Positions 36,807 through 51,566 of a DNA stretch of 64,000 nucleotides are shown here, one piece after another. Source of the DNA: Eledone cirrhosa (Eukaryota); contig OZ024741.1 of assembly GCA_964016885.1 (NCBI GenBank), positions 301,506,001-301,570,000 of the forward strand, read 5' to 3'. Position 1 is the first letter of the stretch. The number at the start of each line of letters is the position of its first letter. The position numbers and the translations under genes were made by a program. The notes beneath the pieces are model-generated. The model was given only the letters and a program-made list of their open reading frames with translations. It was not told the origin of the DNA and made no database searches.

Positions 36807-39800
36807 TATATAATAAATAAAACGTTATACTTGTTTTACCCTTCCATTTCCAATTAAACCGAACGCTATCATGACTGTATGTGTGTGTTTGTGTAAATGT
36901 ATATGTGTGAATGTATGTATATTTGTGTGAAAGTATGTATGTTTGTGTGGAAGTATGTGTGAATGTATGTATATTTGTGTGAAAGTATGTGTATTTGTGT
37001 GAATTATGTCCGTGAGAGTGTATTTTTATGAGTTTGTTTTTGCGCGTTTACAATTATACTGATAATAGCTATATACTCATACATATAGATGTATGTATGT
37101 GCACAATCATAAGCGTCAGGTGTAGAAAATCATAATCTCTCTATCTCTCTCATCAGACACTCTCTCTTTCTATATATATGATAGTTGAAGTGGTGGTGGT
37201 GGCGACGATATACCGGAAGTGCAACTTTGAAAAGAAGTCAATTTGAAATTATTTATTTTTACGAAATTATTTTTGTTGACGAAATTGAGTACATAAATTA
37301 TGTAATATTCATTCATTATTTATTCAAAGTAATCCAACTTATTTTACAAACGGGATGAAAAAAAATAAACCGAGCGCAATCCCGCAGACCTTCCTTTATT
37401 ATAGTTTAGATTCTTAATATCTTTTCCTTCTCATTTTTTCCGCACTTACATAATACAGTTTCTGTATGTTTATATAGAATAAACATATGGATAGCCTCGC
37501 TATCAAAGTACATATATATTTTCGTAACGAAAAATGTATTTTTTTCTGTTAATGTATCACAGAGTTTGTCAGTTGGATCGAGAATGCCAGACACAGCTAT
37601 TTCAAGATTTGTTAATCTTTCACCAGGGACACTCACTCACTAGTACTGACACGGAAATAGACTAGAGTCTATATAGATTTTTCGTATTGAGCATTTGCTG
37701 GAAAAGCACATTTGTGTGAACTTGGCTGATTATAATTAACTGGCAGTATCGTGTATGCATACTAGAAGTGTATATATGAAAACACAAACTGATAAGCTTT
37801 GTGATGTATTCAAAGAAAAATAGAGAAGAATATTTTTCGTTACGAAAAAGAATAGAAATAGATATTGTTTTGTAATGTCTGATGATAGGGAAGTGAACAT
37901 GGAGTGAGATGATATTGGGGTTTTGTTATGATGGTTAGATAGAAATGATCTAAGTAACATTGGTGATTAACGAGATAAAGTTGAAAAAGCAATAAAACAT
38001 TGGTTTATTTTACAAATGAGGGAGTTTTTTTTAATGATAGGAGAGGTTGATTATGTGATGGCGCCTTATTGTGGTGGATACAAGACCAAATTTGTACATA
38101 ACACAAAAGACCGGTTTGAAAATTGCACCGCATGCGAGAATCCCCCCCCCCCCCCCCTGAGAGTAAACAAGATCTTAGATTTTTCCACAAAAGTTAGCAC
38201 TAACTGAGCAGAACTAATATCATTGACGACTTATTGTAAAGATTTGAATTATTAAAGAACATAAACCACCAGGGAAGTCATTATTCACTTTTTTTAATGT
38301 ATCTTATATATATATGCTATTCCAATGTGGCCATTATTTGAGTATTTGGTATCACCAGGCAGTCTTTATGTAATGCGTCAACGGTATTTGAAATAATGCC
38401 AAGGATTATAGAATATTATAGTTTGAAAGAAATTTAATATAATATAAACTATTATATATTGACTCATCTGACCATTACGGGGTCTCTATTATTCATATTC
38501 TTCGGGAAATCTTTGGAAAATTCTATTACAAACTAAACGGACATGAGTAAGTACGTCTCTTACTGTGTTGATCCAACATTGATATATGCTTCTAATTGAA
38601 AGTAATGAAACAAATAAATCTATCCAGAATAAGTATGAAATACCTATGCAGCATATAAATCATTATCGAATCTTTTGTGAGACACGATGATTCACCAATA
38701 TCCGTTGATATCTATTCGACTCTGTTCAACATAATTTAGTAGATTTGATTACATCGTCAGCTATTATTACTATTCGATGTACGCATATATCTTTCTATTT
38801 TCTAATTGAGTCCATCCATCCAGTTCACTGTTCCGATGTCTACCGTAAATATTGTGATGGTGTCTATAAAGAATCTTCTTTCGCCGCTCATATATCACAT
38901 TTAAGCCTTTTTAAGAAGGAATTCATGTTATACATCCCAGTCGAGCGTTTTTAAAGATAAATATCACCTCACTTCCTTATTTTTCAGTCATTGTTTCTTC
39001 TATCAACATCATTCTTACACTTAGAAGTGAATTCTACACAGCCATTATAATTTGAATTTGGCTATACGCACTTCCGTTGGAGATGGGGTGTCACAGAATG
39101 CTCTCGAAGAAATTTGTCGGAGAATTTTGTTGAAAGATTTCAATGAGCCGAAACGTGGAAATTTTAGCAATAACGCTGCACACGTCTATCAACATCATTT
39201 TCATTATCAACAAGTTTTATTTTGTTAAACATACAGAAAAAGAAAGCAGTATTGGAAAGGACTATAAATGCCATAAATGAAATGAAAAGCAGGGAAAGAG
39301 CAAGGACAAAGGAAGGAAGAAAGCTAGGTCAGAGCCGTGTTTAGAATTGAATTCTAAACAGCCGATATAATCCGTTAGTGATAAGCTGTCGAAATTTTCT
39401 ACAACAGCTATTTTGAGTCACGCAGAACTTCATCTACTTACAAAGATCACCCATTATTGAAATTCATATAAAATAACTATCAGAAGATTAATTTTATGGA
39501 TTTAAACATCATTGAACACGGAATGTACATATGAATATTACCCAGTCATGGTAGTGGAGTTGTTTTGAACAACACAGTCTGGTTGTCCAATTCTAATCCC
39601 AACCATTTAGCTACATAAACAACACACCAGCAAATGAAAACCACATTTCTGAAAAATTGCTTCTGAGAAGCCATACCCAAATTCTCCCCAACCACTTTTG
39701 CATGAAACAAGAGGTAAGATGTTAAACATCTCTGTCCATCGCACTTATAGCTAATCCTGATTTGCCAACAAACTCCATTAACCTATAAATCTAACCTTAC

Positions 39801-41372
39801 AACAGAACTTCTTTTTATAGTCTCCAAAATATAAAATGCCACTTCATATTTGAAAACATTCCGCAATAATTCACAAATAGTTACACATCATGAACATATC
39901 TTCACATTATTTATCCTCTTACCTAATTTGTCAACGCTTGCACAAAATTTTTTAGTTCAATACTTATTACCTAGACCCCAAGTTTTTTTATTTATTTAAC
40001 AAGCTCTTTTGTTTCAGGATATGAACTTTGACAAAACGAAACTAAACGACAAATCCATCAATATGAAAGGTTTTGTGACGATCATGTACTCCACGCGACG
40101 CCCAGCACCTGTTAATAGATCACATACAACAGTTAGAGCTTATTAGTGTAAGTAGAGTTGGACAAATAAAATTTCTATTGAGTTATGATACTTATAAGAA
40201 AATTATAGTGTGTATTCCGAACACTATATCTTGTCACTAGTTGAAATATATTTTGAAATAGAATTTAATTCTGCAATTCTACAGGCATAATGAACAATCA
40301 TCTGGTCATATATTCTCCCAAAACACAAATTTATATGGTCTGTGGCTTACAGACAACGCTAGAGTTGTATTTGAATTGTCATTCTTATGAATAAGATTTT
40401 GAATATTCTGATAATTGCTGGTGACGATAATGATGACGGTGTGTATTATTATGCTAACAACCTAAGCAGTAATTACTAAGTTATTATTTTGTTTTTATAA
40501 ATTGTTAATTACATGGTAAACTACCAACTAATATATATGCATATTTAAAAGGTAATACGAGAACATTTGTATTTAAAAGCTCTAGCCCTTTTAGTGAGCT
40601 TCAGATCAAGTAGCGAAGTTAAATAATATAAATATCATCACTGAAAGACGAATTGCTTTCACTGGGTATAAACTATATGCAATTCCTGAAATGTTCGCGT
40701 GACAGTATAACAGCTTTATTAAACTCGGCATGGAAAAAAACACTGCAATAATAGAAACATTTGTAAAACATTGCCCATATACAAATTATTGCATGCCATT
40801 CACCAAACTTGGCAAACTACTTAGTCATTTTGAAATGATAATCGCTGTCGGATGACAGCACGTATTGTTTATAAAATGGGAACTGTTTTCCCTATATTTA
40901 CTGTATGAAATTGAATACAGTATCAGCTCTGCCTTGCAGAATATTAAGTAACGTCCAGAATTAAAAGAAACCTGAATGGGTCCAAAGGAAGTTCACACAT
41001 ACAGCCGCACACATACATTCACAAGCACACACAAATACACACACGCGTAAACATGCACACAAAAATGTCGACGCTACCACTTATTATTTATTTTGTGCAT
41101 ATCTGATATCTCAGCCTACCAGCTGTATTTTATTCATCAACGCCAAACGTACTTTTCTATTTTCTTAATATTTTACCATGACATTTGTATAAGAGCACAC
41201 GGATTGTTTCTTTTCCTCCCTTCTCTAACTTAACAAAGGACCTGAAGAAGAAACCTCGTAATTTCTTTTTCGCATATGGCAATTGCATTCACATTGTATT
41301 TAGTTTTATTTTTGATGACTACTACACTTTCATAATATATTTTGGAATGGAATTGCATCAGGTGAATTCGTG

Positions 41373-41431
<59 letters not shown>

Positions 41432-42034
41432 TTTCACTTTCTCAAATACACATGAATAATATTTCTCTGTAGAGAATTGGATGCAGCTGAAAGACTCCAC
41501 ATATTTAAAGGAGTAGAGGAAGAAATAAAAAAAATACAGAATAATATTTAAAAAAAGAAGGAAAGAAAGAAGAAAAGGCAATTGACACTATGGAATAAGT
41601 AAATAACATGTATGTTGCTACTGGTTACCTTTGGAGGACCAGCTCTATGGCACAAATGTAGTCAATTGAATGACTAAAAATGTAAGCTGTGTCTATAAAA
41701 TTACATTTGTTTATCAAATGTAACAATATAATTATATCGTTGCATTTGATAAACAAAAGTAATTTTATAGATTTGTATAATTCACATGAGCTAGAAAGGA
41801 TTTTAAACAATAGAAATATATACTAACAGAGATACTGCATAAACAAAAATTATATTTTTTTTTTATATTTTAAAGCTGCCAATATTTGTGTATGCCTAGT
41901 TCAAAGAATTAATGTTTTATTTCTGTATCGACAAATATTGCCTTGAACAATAGAAACTATATATATAAAGCTATGCGAAATGATTCAACACATCAAACAT
42001 TAACTACACAAATTATTGTGTTTCATTTCTTTGA

Positions 42035-42280
42035 CTATGAAACTTAACGTGCATGTGGCTGAGCATTCCATGCGTACTTATAAAACAATTCTCATGGAGA
42101 TTATGTGTGACACATTTTGTGCGTTGAGTGGCCCTTTGAAATACAGGTACAGCTAATGTTACCAGTTAAGTGAGCTGCAGAAATGTGTCTTGCTCCAGGA
42201 AACAACACAACACTGGGAATCTAATTCCCGATCGGACGATCATGTGAGGAATAACATAACCACAATGTCATGCACCTTCA
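42035..42280 (-). mobile_element. Degenerate tRNA-derived CORE-type SINE
   Basis: Minus strand: gaaggtgcatg...gtggtta (A box-like), gattccc (B box-like), ..cctggagcaagacac (CORE-like), gtacctgtatttcaaagggcc...gctcagccac; resembles octopus SINEs from memory. Confidence 0.65.
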
Positions 42281-43135
42281 CGATGAAGTTCTATATGTTT
42301 GAGAAATGAAATAAGCATCTCAAAATATGATTAGAAACATCATAATTTTGGAACCTATAGAAAGATTACATTCTGTTACCGACATTTGGATTGTTCTATA
42401 CAATGTTTCACACCACATCAAAAAGTATTTTGGCACAGCAATTCTATTTAACGCTTGTCTGATGTGTGCAATCAACTATAATAATGGCGAATGTGTGTAT
42501 ATGTATTTTATATATATATATATATATTTGTCCGTCAGCCACTGAAAGAGAGATGTCTGAGGAATGTAGGGGTGGTGACAATCTATAGAAAACACCGACC
42601 AACGTTCTAAGGTTCACTACACTTTTGTGTGTATATGTAGCGAACTGGCTACAAACATTAGCTATTATTATTGTGTTAGTTTTTGTATGTTTATATCACT
42701 TGTGTGTGTGTATGTATGTGAGTATAGGTGTGTTTGTGTGAATATATTTATATTTGAGTGAGTGTATGTGTGTTTTTGTGTATATATTTATATACACATA
42801 CATATGCAGACCAAGATATTAACTTCATTATCTATATTAATTGCGGATACCTTTTCCACAAAAAAACGTTTGTAATAAAAGAATTATTGAGCTAAAAGCT
42901 TTGTTTTTTACTCTTTTTATATATAAAATACTACAATTAACCATCATTTTTGACGGCACAGAGCGAACTAGTAAACAATAATTCGACAATATATCAAATG
43001 AAGTAACATGCTGAATCTGTCATGCGTCAGCGTTTCATCTTCTATATACAAAGGCACACGATGGCAATTAGCAATGACTCTGTCGACATGTGAATGCGCA
43101 GGAACTGTCTAGAGATCATTAATTGTTCTTATCTT

Positions 43136-43312
43136 AGGCGGTGGATTGGCAGTATCAGTAGAGGGTCGGACGCATAGAGTTACGGCTCTTTCCAATCTGA
43201 GTTCAAATTCCGCCGAGGTTAACTTTGCCTTTCATCTTTACGGGGTCGATAAAATAAAGTACCAGTAATACACTGGGTAATTGCTGGCCTTGTGCCAAAA
43301 GTAGAAATAATT
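43136..43312 (+). mobile_element. tRNA-derived SINE
   Basis: A box-like tggcagtatcag, B box gagttcaaattcc, conserved core gcctttcatc...ggggtcgataaaataaagtaccag; partial copies elsewhere in the window. Confidence 0.8.
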
Positions 43313-43965
43313 AATTGTTGTTATCAAATCAGCGGCGTTACTATAGTCATGAATACGTATTTTTGCAGTTATGTATTTTAACATTTAGCACAATAATACA
43401 ACGTCCATCACAAACAAACCATCCACCAAACATTTAATCCATGAACAACTAAACCTGAAGCTCATAACCAAGAAATAATCCTTAGCTTAGTCTGTATACA
43501 TCTCATTTTGGGAACTTGCGTATTTTGATGTAACACATACATACACAGGTAAATATAAGTACAAAGACAGACTCACACATACAACCTTGCACTTATCCAC
43601 ATACATACCCATACATCTACCCACCTACTCTCATACACGTACAGGAATACATACACACACCGATATGTATGTAGTTAAGCATTTCAATCTATCTATATGT
43701 AAATGTGTTTGGGAGCGGTGTATGTGTGAAAAGTAAAGGAAAGCAAAAAAAAAAAAAAATGCAGTACAATGAAGAACTATATATGTTAACGCTTGATATA
43801 GTAGTAGGAAAAGTGTGGAAAGATTAAATAGAAAGATAGAGAGCGAAAAGAGGAATTAACGGAAAAACAATTCTGTGAAAACGCACGTGTGTGTTCAGCC
43901 ATTTTGATGAATATATCTATATCTATATCTATATCTATATCTATATATCTATATAAATATATATA

Positions 43966-44121
<156 letters not shown>

Positions 44122-44307
44122 CTAGTTGATATATATATATATATATATCCACTAGAAATTGATTGACATATATATATATTTAAAATAAAGATATGAAACA
44201 ATCACAGGGGATAATTTGTAAAGTGTGTAATCACACATAGCTAGGTAGGTAACTAATTAAAGTTTAACTAGAGCTTCAAATATTACCTTTTAAAAATGAT
44301 TTATCTT

Positions 44308-44390
44308 CCTTGTATATATTTCATTAAATAAATATATTTCACCATTAATCCGTAAAGTCACAGTAGTCAAATTCCGCATCTTCAGCAAGG
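44308..44390 (-). ncRNA. Hammerhead motif with branched stem II
   Basis: ccttg CTGAAGA ...(two hairpins)... GAAA tata TA caagg. Confidence 0.7.
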
Positions 44391-44622
44391 GAGAAGATTT
44401 AACTATCTGTGTTTACACATCAAATGCAAATTTGCGAGTGACCCATCGCACGTGTTGCAATTCTAAAACTACTAACAACATGCTAGCGTCATCCCAGTGG
44501 CGTGAATAGAGTGATCGGCAGCTATAAATAGCAGCCGAGTCCTTTCAACTGAGTTAGCTCTACAATTAAGGAGCCGTGTATATATCCAAAATTAATTAAA
44601 TTAAATCAAATTAAATCTTCCC

Positions 44623-44705
44623 CCTTGCTGAAGATCCGGGATTTGACTACTGTCACTTTACGGATTAATGCTAAAATATATTTCTTTAATGAAATATATA
44701 CAAGG
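44623..44705 (+). ncRNA. Hammerhead motif with branched stem II
   Basis: ccttg CTGAAGA tccg...cgga ttaa...ttaat GAAA tata TA caagg. Confidence 0.7.
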
Positions 44706-45185
44706 AAAATTAATCGTTTTTAAAAGGTAATATTTGAAGCTCTAGTTAAACTTTAAATTAGTTACCTACCTAGCTATGTGTGATTACACACTTTACAAAT
44801 TATCCTCTGTGATTGTTTCAAGTGTTTATTTTAAATATGTCAATCAATTTCTAGTTGATATAAAATGCTCAGATCTATTCATTGGAATCTTTGAGCTTAT
44901 TCTACGGTGGATATAGCGCATGTCTCGAACATGACCCTTAATTTAATTTAATTTAATTAATTTTGGAGATATATATATATATTTGGGGCATGATATTAAC
45001 GCTGACTTATGTTCCTATCCCTTTCTGTTTTCCTTTATTTGCTCGGTAGTAGCACGCTGTAAGATTTAGCCACGTCACTTGAGGGCGACCGGCAAAGGTG
45101 GAAGATGCTGGATGGCGGTCGTCCTCAGGTCTTTGATTTTCAGCCCCATGGATTTTATCTATTCCATTCACTTATTATATTTCGA

Positions 45186-45243
45186 ATACCTGATGATATC
45201 ACCGAATTCATACGGAACCCGGTCATTGAAATGATCATAGTAT
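45186..45243 (+). ncRNA. Type-I hammerhead motif in a solo pLTR-like module (44983-45295)
   Basis: atac CTGATGA tatcaccg...cggtcatt GAAA tgatca TA gtat; palindromic stem III. Confidence 0.8.
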
Positions 45244-45293
45244 AATAAACCTTTCAAGGATTTACACAAGTCCAGCCTCCTGTCATTTCATTA

Positions 45294-45431
<138 letters not shown>

Positions 45432-45496
45432 TAACATATATATATAACATATATGTAACATATATGTATAACATATATGTATAACATATATGTATA

Positions 45497-45568
<72 letters not shown>

Positions 45569-45597
45569 ATCAAAAGATGGTTAAAGGAGTTCCATGT

Positions 45598-45666
45598 ATT
45601 TTATTATGCGCATTTCAAAAACAAACATCATCATGCAATAATATTTGTGTTTTCATCAGATAAAAC
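45598..45666 (-). ncRNA. Type-I hammerhead motif
   Basis: Reverse complement of 47497-47565. Confidence 0.82.
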
Positions 45667-47496
45667 AGGAGAACATGATATGAAGGCTAAAAAACACTTG
45701 TGGATAGTGCAGTTTTAAATCAACATATGAAAAGTGGTTTTAGATTGATGTGTGATATTGGGAAAAAGGATGAAAAAGGGGAGGAGATGAGAGGGAGAGA
45801 TGGGTTATAGAGAGAAAGAGATAGTTTTTATAACTGAGAGAAGATATATTGTTTTACATAGAGAGGTTGAAAACCGTTGGAAGATAATGTATAAATTAAA
45901 AGAATTTGAAAATTAACGAAGGGAAAGATATGTACGAGGAAAAAATATTTTATTTAGGGAGGGGGGGTGGAAAGGATGAAAAAAGGGGAGGAGATGAGAG
46001 TGAAGGTGGAGAGGGAGAGATGGGTGATAGAGAGAAAGAGATAGTTTTTATAACTGAGAAAAGATATATTGTTTTACATAGAGAGGTTGAGAACCGTTGG
46101 AAGATAATGTATAAATTAAAAGAATTTGAAAATTAACGAAGGGAAAAATATTTACGAGGAAAGAAAGGGAGTTTATGTATGAAGATAGAGAGAGAAAAAT
46201 ATTAATAATTGTGGATGAATATTCTAACGTCAAAAAGGTGTATGTTGATAAGTATTGTGGCAATTTCAAAATTAACGAAGAGAAAAAATTATTAAGGTTT
46301 GTGTGTAGAAGGATTTGAGAAAAATAATGTGAAGTTAAAGTTTGTATATTGAAGGAATTGATAATATGTGCGAAGAAAGAGTTAATATGTATTAAGAATG
46401 AGTTCGTTGATGGGGAGAAAAAAATAATAAATTAAGGATGAAATTGAGATTAAAAAGTTTTATGATAGAGAGAAAAAATAATAATAATTGCGGATGAATA
46501 TTCTAACGTCAAAAAAACAAATGTATATGTTATGAAGGATTTTACAAGGTGAAGATAGAAAGAGGGTAATGAGTAAAAAAGTATTATAGAGTGTATAATG
46601 CCCTTTGAAGTAAGGTAGGAAGATTGGTATATTTTAAAGAGGTGTATGTATATGTGCCTTTGAGAAAAGATTCTAAATTGATAAAGAATTGAATATTAAC
46701 TGTATACTTTGTGAAAAGTCCTATGGAATTTATGCAGGCAGATAGAAAACAAATCTGTACGTCTATTTATTATAGAATCTAGATTAGAGATAATGGTAAA
46801 TTTTTCATTTAGGCAGAGATTACAGATTTTAGATAGAGAGCTGTTCAAGTATGAGGATGCAGAAGAAACCTTCTTCCAAAAGATGGTATATTTAATGTTT
46901 TTGTCTTTCAAGGACCATATGAGTTCTGAGAGAGCCGTGTTGGTTCTTTTAAGTTTGTATTTGAAAGATGAATGGTGATTATAGAGACGAGCTTAATTTT
47001 CAAATTCTTTTAATTTATACATTATCTTCCAACGGTTCTCAACCTCTCTATGTAAAACAATATATCTTTTCTCAGTTATAAAAACTATCTCTTTCTCTCT
47101 ATCCCCCATCTCTCCCTCTCCACCTTCACTCTCATCTCCTCCCCCTTTTTTCATCCTTTCCACTCCCCCCCCCCTCCCTAAATAAAATATTTTTTCTTCG
47201 TACATATCTTTCCCTTCGTTAATTTTCAAATTCTTTTAATTTATACATTATCTTCCAACGGTTTTCAACCTCTCTATGTAAAACAATATATCTTCTCTCA
47301 GTTATAAAAACTATCTCTTTCTCTCTATCACCCATCTCTCCCTCTCATCTCCTCCCCTTTTTCATCCTTTCCACCCCCCCTCTCTAAATAAAATATTTTT
47401 CCCAATATCACACATCATTCTTAAACCACTTTTCATATGTTGATTTAAAACTGCACTATCCACAAGTGTTTTTTAGCCTTCATATCATGTTCTCCT

Positions 47497-47565
47497 GTTT
47501 TATCTGATGAAAACACAAATATTATTGCATGATGATGTTTGTTTTTGAAATGCGCATAATAAAAT
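47497..47565 (+). ncRNA. Type-I hammerhead motif
   Basis: gttttat CTGATGA aaacacaaata...tgtttgttttt GAAA tgcgca TA ataaaat; palindromic stem III. Confidence 0.82.
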
Positions 47566-47704
47566 ACATGGAACTCCTTTAACCATCTTTTGATCTTACA
47601 TTATGTATACTCCAGTCCTACAAACTGTAGAGTGCTTCTTATCCGATATCTGCATTGCTTTATTGTACTACAATAAAACTCACCTCCTACATATATATAT
47701 ATAC

Positions 47705-47735
<31 letters not shown>

Positions 47736-48032
47736 ATATATTAACAAATGGAAACTATATTTATAAAACCATATTTATTTCATTATACATATTTCAAGGG
47801 CCACCAAGGCAAACTATGGTGCGCTTTCATTAGATAAAATATAATATAGGTTAGTTTTATAAATAAATATTGACAAACCCTGAAAAAATGCAACCATTCT
47901 GGATGGAATCTCCTGGATAGTTTCCATTTGTTAATATATTGTATATTTACTCCATTAATTTGTTCAGTGCTTTATATCTGTTATAAAAATATTTTGCTTG
48001 TTGTATCCCAACAAATTAAATATAACCTCTAC

Positions 48033-48220
<188 letters not shown>

Positions 48221-48289
48221 TTATACATATTATATATATATATATATATTATATATATATATATAATATATATATATATATAATATGTA

Positions 48290-48386
<97 letters not shown>

Positions 48387-48389
48387 ATA

Positions 48390-51307
48390 TATATGGATTC
48401 TAATGCCATGCACGTCCATTCCGACAAAACTGGCAATTTATATCACGTGGAGCGCAGTACTTAGCATCAAATGATACATAATGCTGTAACTAAGGATTAC
48501 CGTAAAACTAATCGGAGCGTCATTAATGAAATCAACGATGCTGGGTTTAATATCACCTCTGATCTCAACATCCTAGACCGGACCGAAACTCTGGACCCTA
48601 TTTCTCCCCACTTTACTATGAAGGATCACAAATCCAATTTCCCGAACAAACCCTCTATTCGGCTTATTAACCCCACGAAGTCCGATTTAGGTAGACTTAG
48701 TAAAATGATTTTAGATAGGATTATACCTCTAATTAGAAGATTGGCCCCTTGTGCACTGTGGAACAATTCTTTCGCGGTGATTGATTGGTTCAACGGCATA
48801 TGTAGCAAGGAACATTGCCGTTTTATCCAATTCGACATCAATAATTACTACTCCTCCATCACTTTACCACTTCTCCTTAGAGCTATCAATTTCGCTAAAA
48901 CACTCACAGTGCTTAAGTATTTCGAAGTTGATGTCATCCTCAATGCCCGTTAGTCGGTGATTAATTTCGACGACTCTATTTGGATTAAAAAATTTAATAG
49001 TACCCCATTCGACGTGAGTATGGGCGCCAGCGATTCTGCGGAGGTTACTGAACTTATTGGCATTTTCCTTCTTTTCTCTATCAAGGAAGAATTCCCCAAC
49101 GTGGGCGGTGGTTTGATGACGGGCTTTTGACCATGATAAAGTGCGGCCCACGTGCTTGCGACAGGTTCAGAAAAGAACTCACAGCCTTCTTTAAAGGCTT
49201 CAACCTCTCCATACAGTTTGAGGCGAACCTCTCGGTCGTTAATTACCTCGACGTTACCCTCGATTTGTCGAATGGCTTGCACTACCCGTATAGAAAGCCG
49301 AATGATACGCTTAATTACATAAGTAAGCATTCTAACCATCCTGCCAGCATAACCAAGAAGCTGGTAGAAACGTTTCTTTGAGGCTTCCCGTCTATCTACA
49401 AACGAGCATATTTTCAACGACCATTCCACATATTACAATGAAGCTCCTGCTCGGAGTGGATTTGTCGATAAGGTAGCCTATACAGAGTACGAGAATAGAC
49501 CTAGGAAAAATAGATCCCGACGCATTATATGGTATAACCCACCATATAATATGGAGGTGGCCACACCTTTAGCTAAAATCTTTCTCTCCCTTATTATGAA
49601 GCATTTCCCCCCAGCACATAAATATAGTAAAGTTTTAATAGAAATACCATTAAAATTTCTTACTCTACGACTCCTAACCTTGCACATAACATCACAGCTT
49701 CAAATTTAGCAAAATTACCTAGCCGTAGGAACACGTGCAACCCGGTAATTGTAACTGTAATTGTAGGAATCGGGTTGACTGCCCCCTATCCAGGAAATGC
49801 TTCTCTAGTAACATTGTCTACAAATGTAAGGTTGAAAGACCCACGTCCCGTATGGCCTACATAGGGTTAACTGCCAATTGATTCACGCAGCTTCTTTATA
49901 TGCATACCCATTCTTTTCTTAACCCGTTAAGAAGGAATATGACATCACTTTCAGCTTATATCTGGAGTCTAAAAGACAACCACACCCAATATAAGTTACA
50001 CTGGGAGATCCTGGATAAGGCTAGATCGTATAACGGAAATAAAAGACCATGTGACCTCTGCGCCGCTGAGGCCCTGGAAATACTCTACGCCAAAGACCAC
50101 ATCTTAAACAAACAATCTGAGGCAATTTCGGCTTGTAAACATAAATTACACAAAACTTTCCTGTATTACAGCCCCACATTGTACCCTAACGGATAGTACG
50201 AACTATACGCGGATATTTTACGTCTTGGTGTGGTAGCTAGGTATATGTTATATTAATACCATTACTTATTCGTATAGGTTAGAATATATTACCTGTATGT
50301 TTTGTGAAGGTACATATATTTTCTCGTACGTATATTTGCTTGTATATGTTATTGGCGTATATATTATATATAGTGTTACATGTGCATTTGGTTATGTGTA
50401 TACGGGAGTTTTGCGTCTGTGTGAGTATGCTGGTTCATACGTATGTAGGGTGTGTGTATATGTGTACTTTGTGTTTTGGTTGACGTACGTCCGCGAACAT
50501 ATGTGTCTTTACATGTGGGTGTGTGTGTGCGCGCGTTGTATACGTATTTATGTGTGTATATTTATATACTTTTATTTAATCATGTATACACGCACACACA
50601 CACACATGTGTATATATATATGGTTTTATTTATCTTTTATGCGTATTTGGTGTATACGTTCGTATGTGTGCGGTACAGGCGTTGCGTGGTTTCTGTGTGT
50701 GTGGGGGGGGGGGGGTGTTTTGTGTACGTGCTTGTATTTGCATACCCATGGGGAGTGGTTTCGCGTATGCTTGTGTATGTACGTATATGGATGTGTGTAT
50801 GTATATATTTAATTTCAATTACCTCTGTATTTTATTTACTTCATTCTTAAATCTGAAGCCGAGAATCATTCGGTTTCCTAAATCCTAAACGGACGGTAGT
50901 CCGTTTAGTAATATTGTTGTGGTCGTGTTTTCGTTGGCAATAGAATTTTAGTCTACGACTTCAGTTATACCATTTACGTGGTTTTGTCTTTGCGTGTAAT
51001 TGTTTTCACTGCACCAAATAATAATGTATTATATTCGTTTTTTTTTCGTTCTTTGCCAGGGAACATTTCCACGAACCAAAGTATCGTCTTCCTGTCTTCC
51101 TTCGGCTGCAACGTTTTTTGAAATATTTATTTCTGCGTTGACAGATTGACTTTTTTAATTTCATAAGATCCCGTTAAGGGTGAAAGCAGCGATTCTTTGC
51201 TTAAACTTTAATCTGTTATTTTAATAAATATTTGCTCTACGGTTCTTATATATCTGATATATATTTATCCTTATCGAGCCCTCTTTGGATTTTAGTCTTC
51301 AAATTTA
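48390..51307 (+). mobile_element. 5'-truncated degenerate PLE (PLE-5)
   Basis: [51 protein letters not shown] across ORFs 48471-50196; long low-complexity 3' UTR. Confidence 0.88.
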
Positions 51308-51314
51308 TTATTAT

Positions 51315-51436
<122 letters not shown>

Positions 51437-51525
51437 TATAATATATATATAATATATATATATATATATTATATATATATTATATATATATATATTATAT
51501 ATATATTATATATATATATATATAT

Positions 51526-51560
<35 letters not shown>

Positions 51561-51566
51561 ATATAT

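Larger units (their letters stand above)
44143..44975. mobile_element. ORF-less element with ~250-bp inverted repeats, each containing a hammerhead motif
   Basis: 44150-44402 is the reverse complement of 44611-44855; second short inverted pair at 44579-44606 / 44941-44975. Confidence 0.75.
45566..47695 (-). mobile_element. Heavily 5'-truncated PLE (PLE-4) with an inverted 3' end
   Basis: GIY-YIG C-terminus at 46696-46992 (ARLYNHHSSF..CNLCLNEK..CLH); 46993-47598 is the reverse complement of 45566-46136; same family as 51567-54190. Confidence 0.88.

Noticed and set aside
40018-40147. Exon-like segment with good acceptor (tttcag) and donor (gtaagt)
   Set aside because: All three frames contain a stop and no partner exons could be supported
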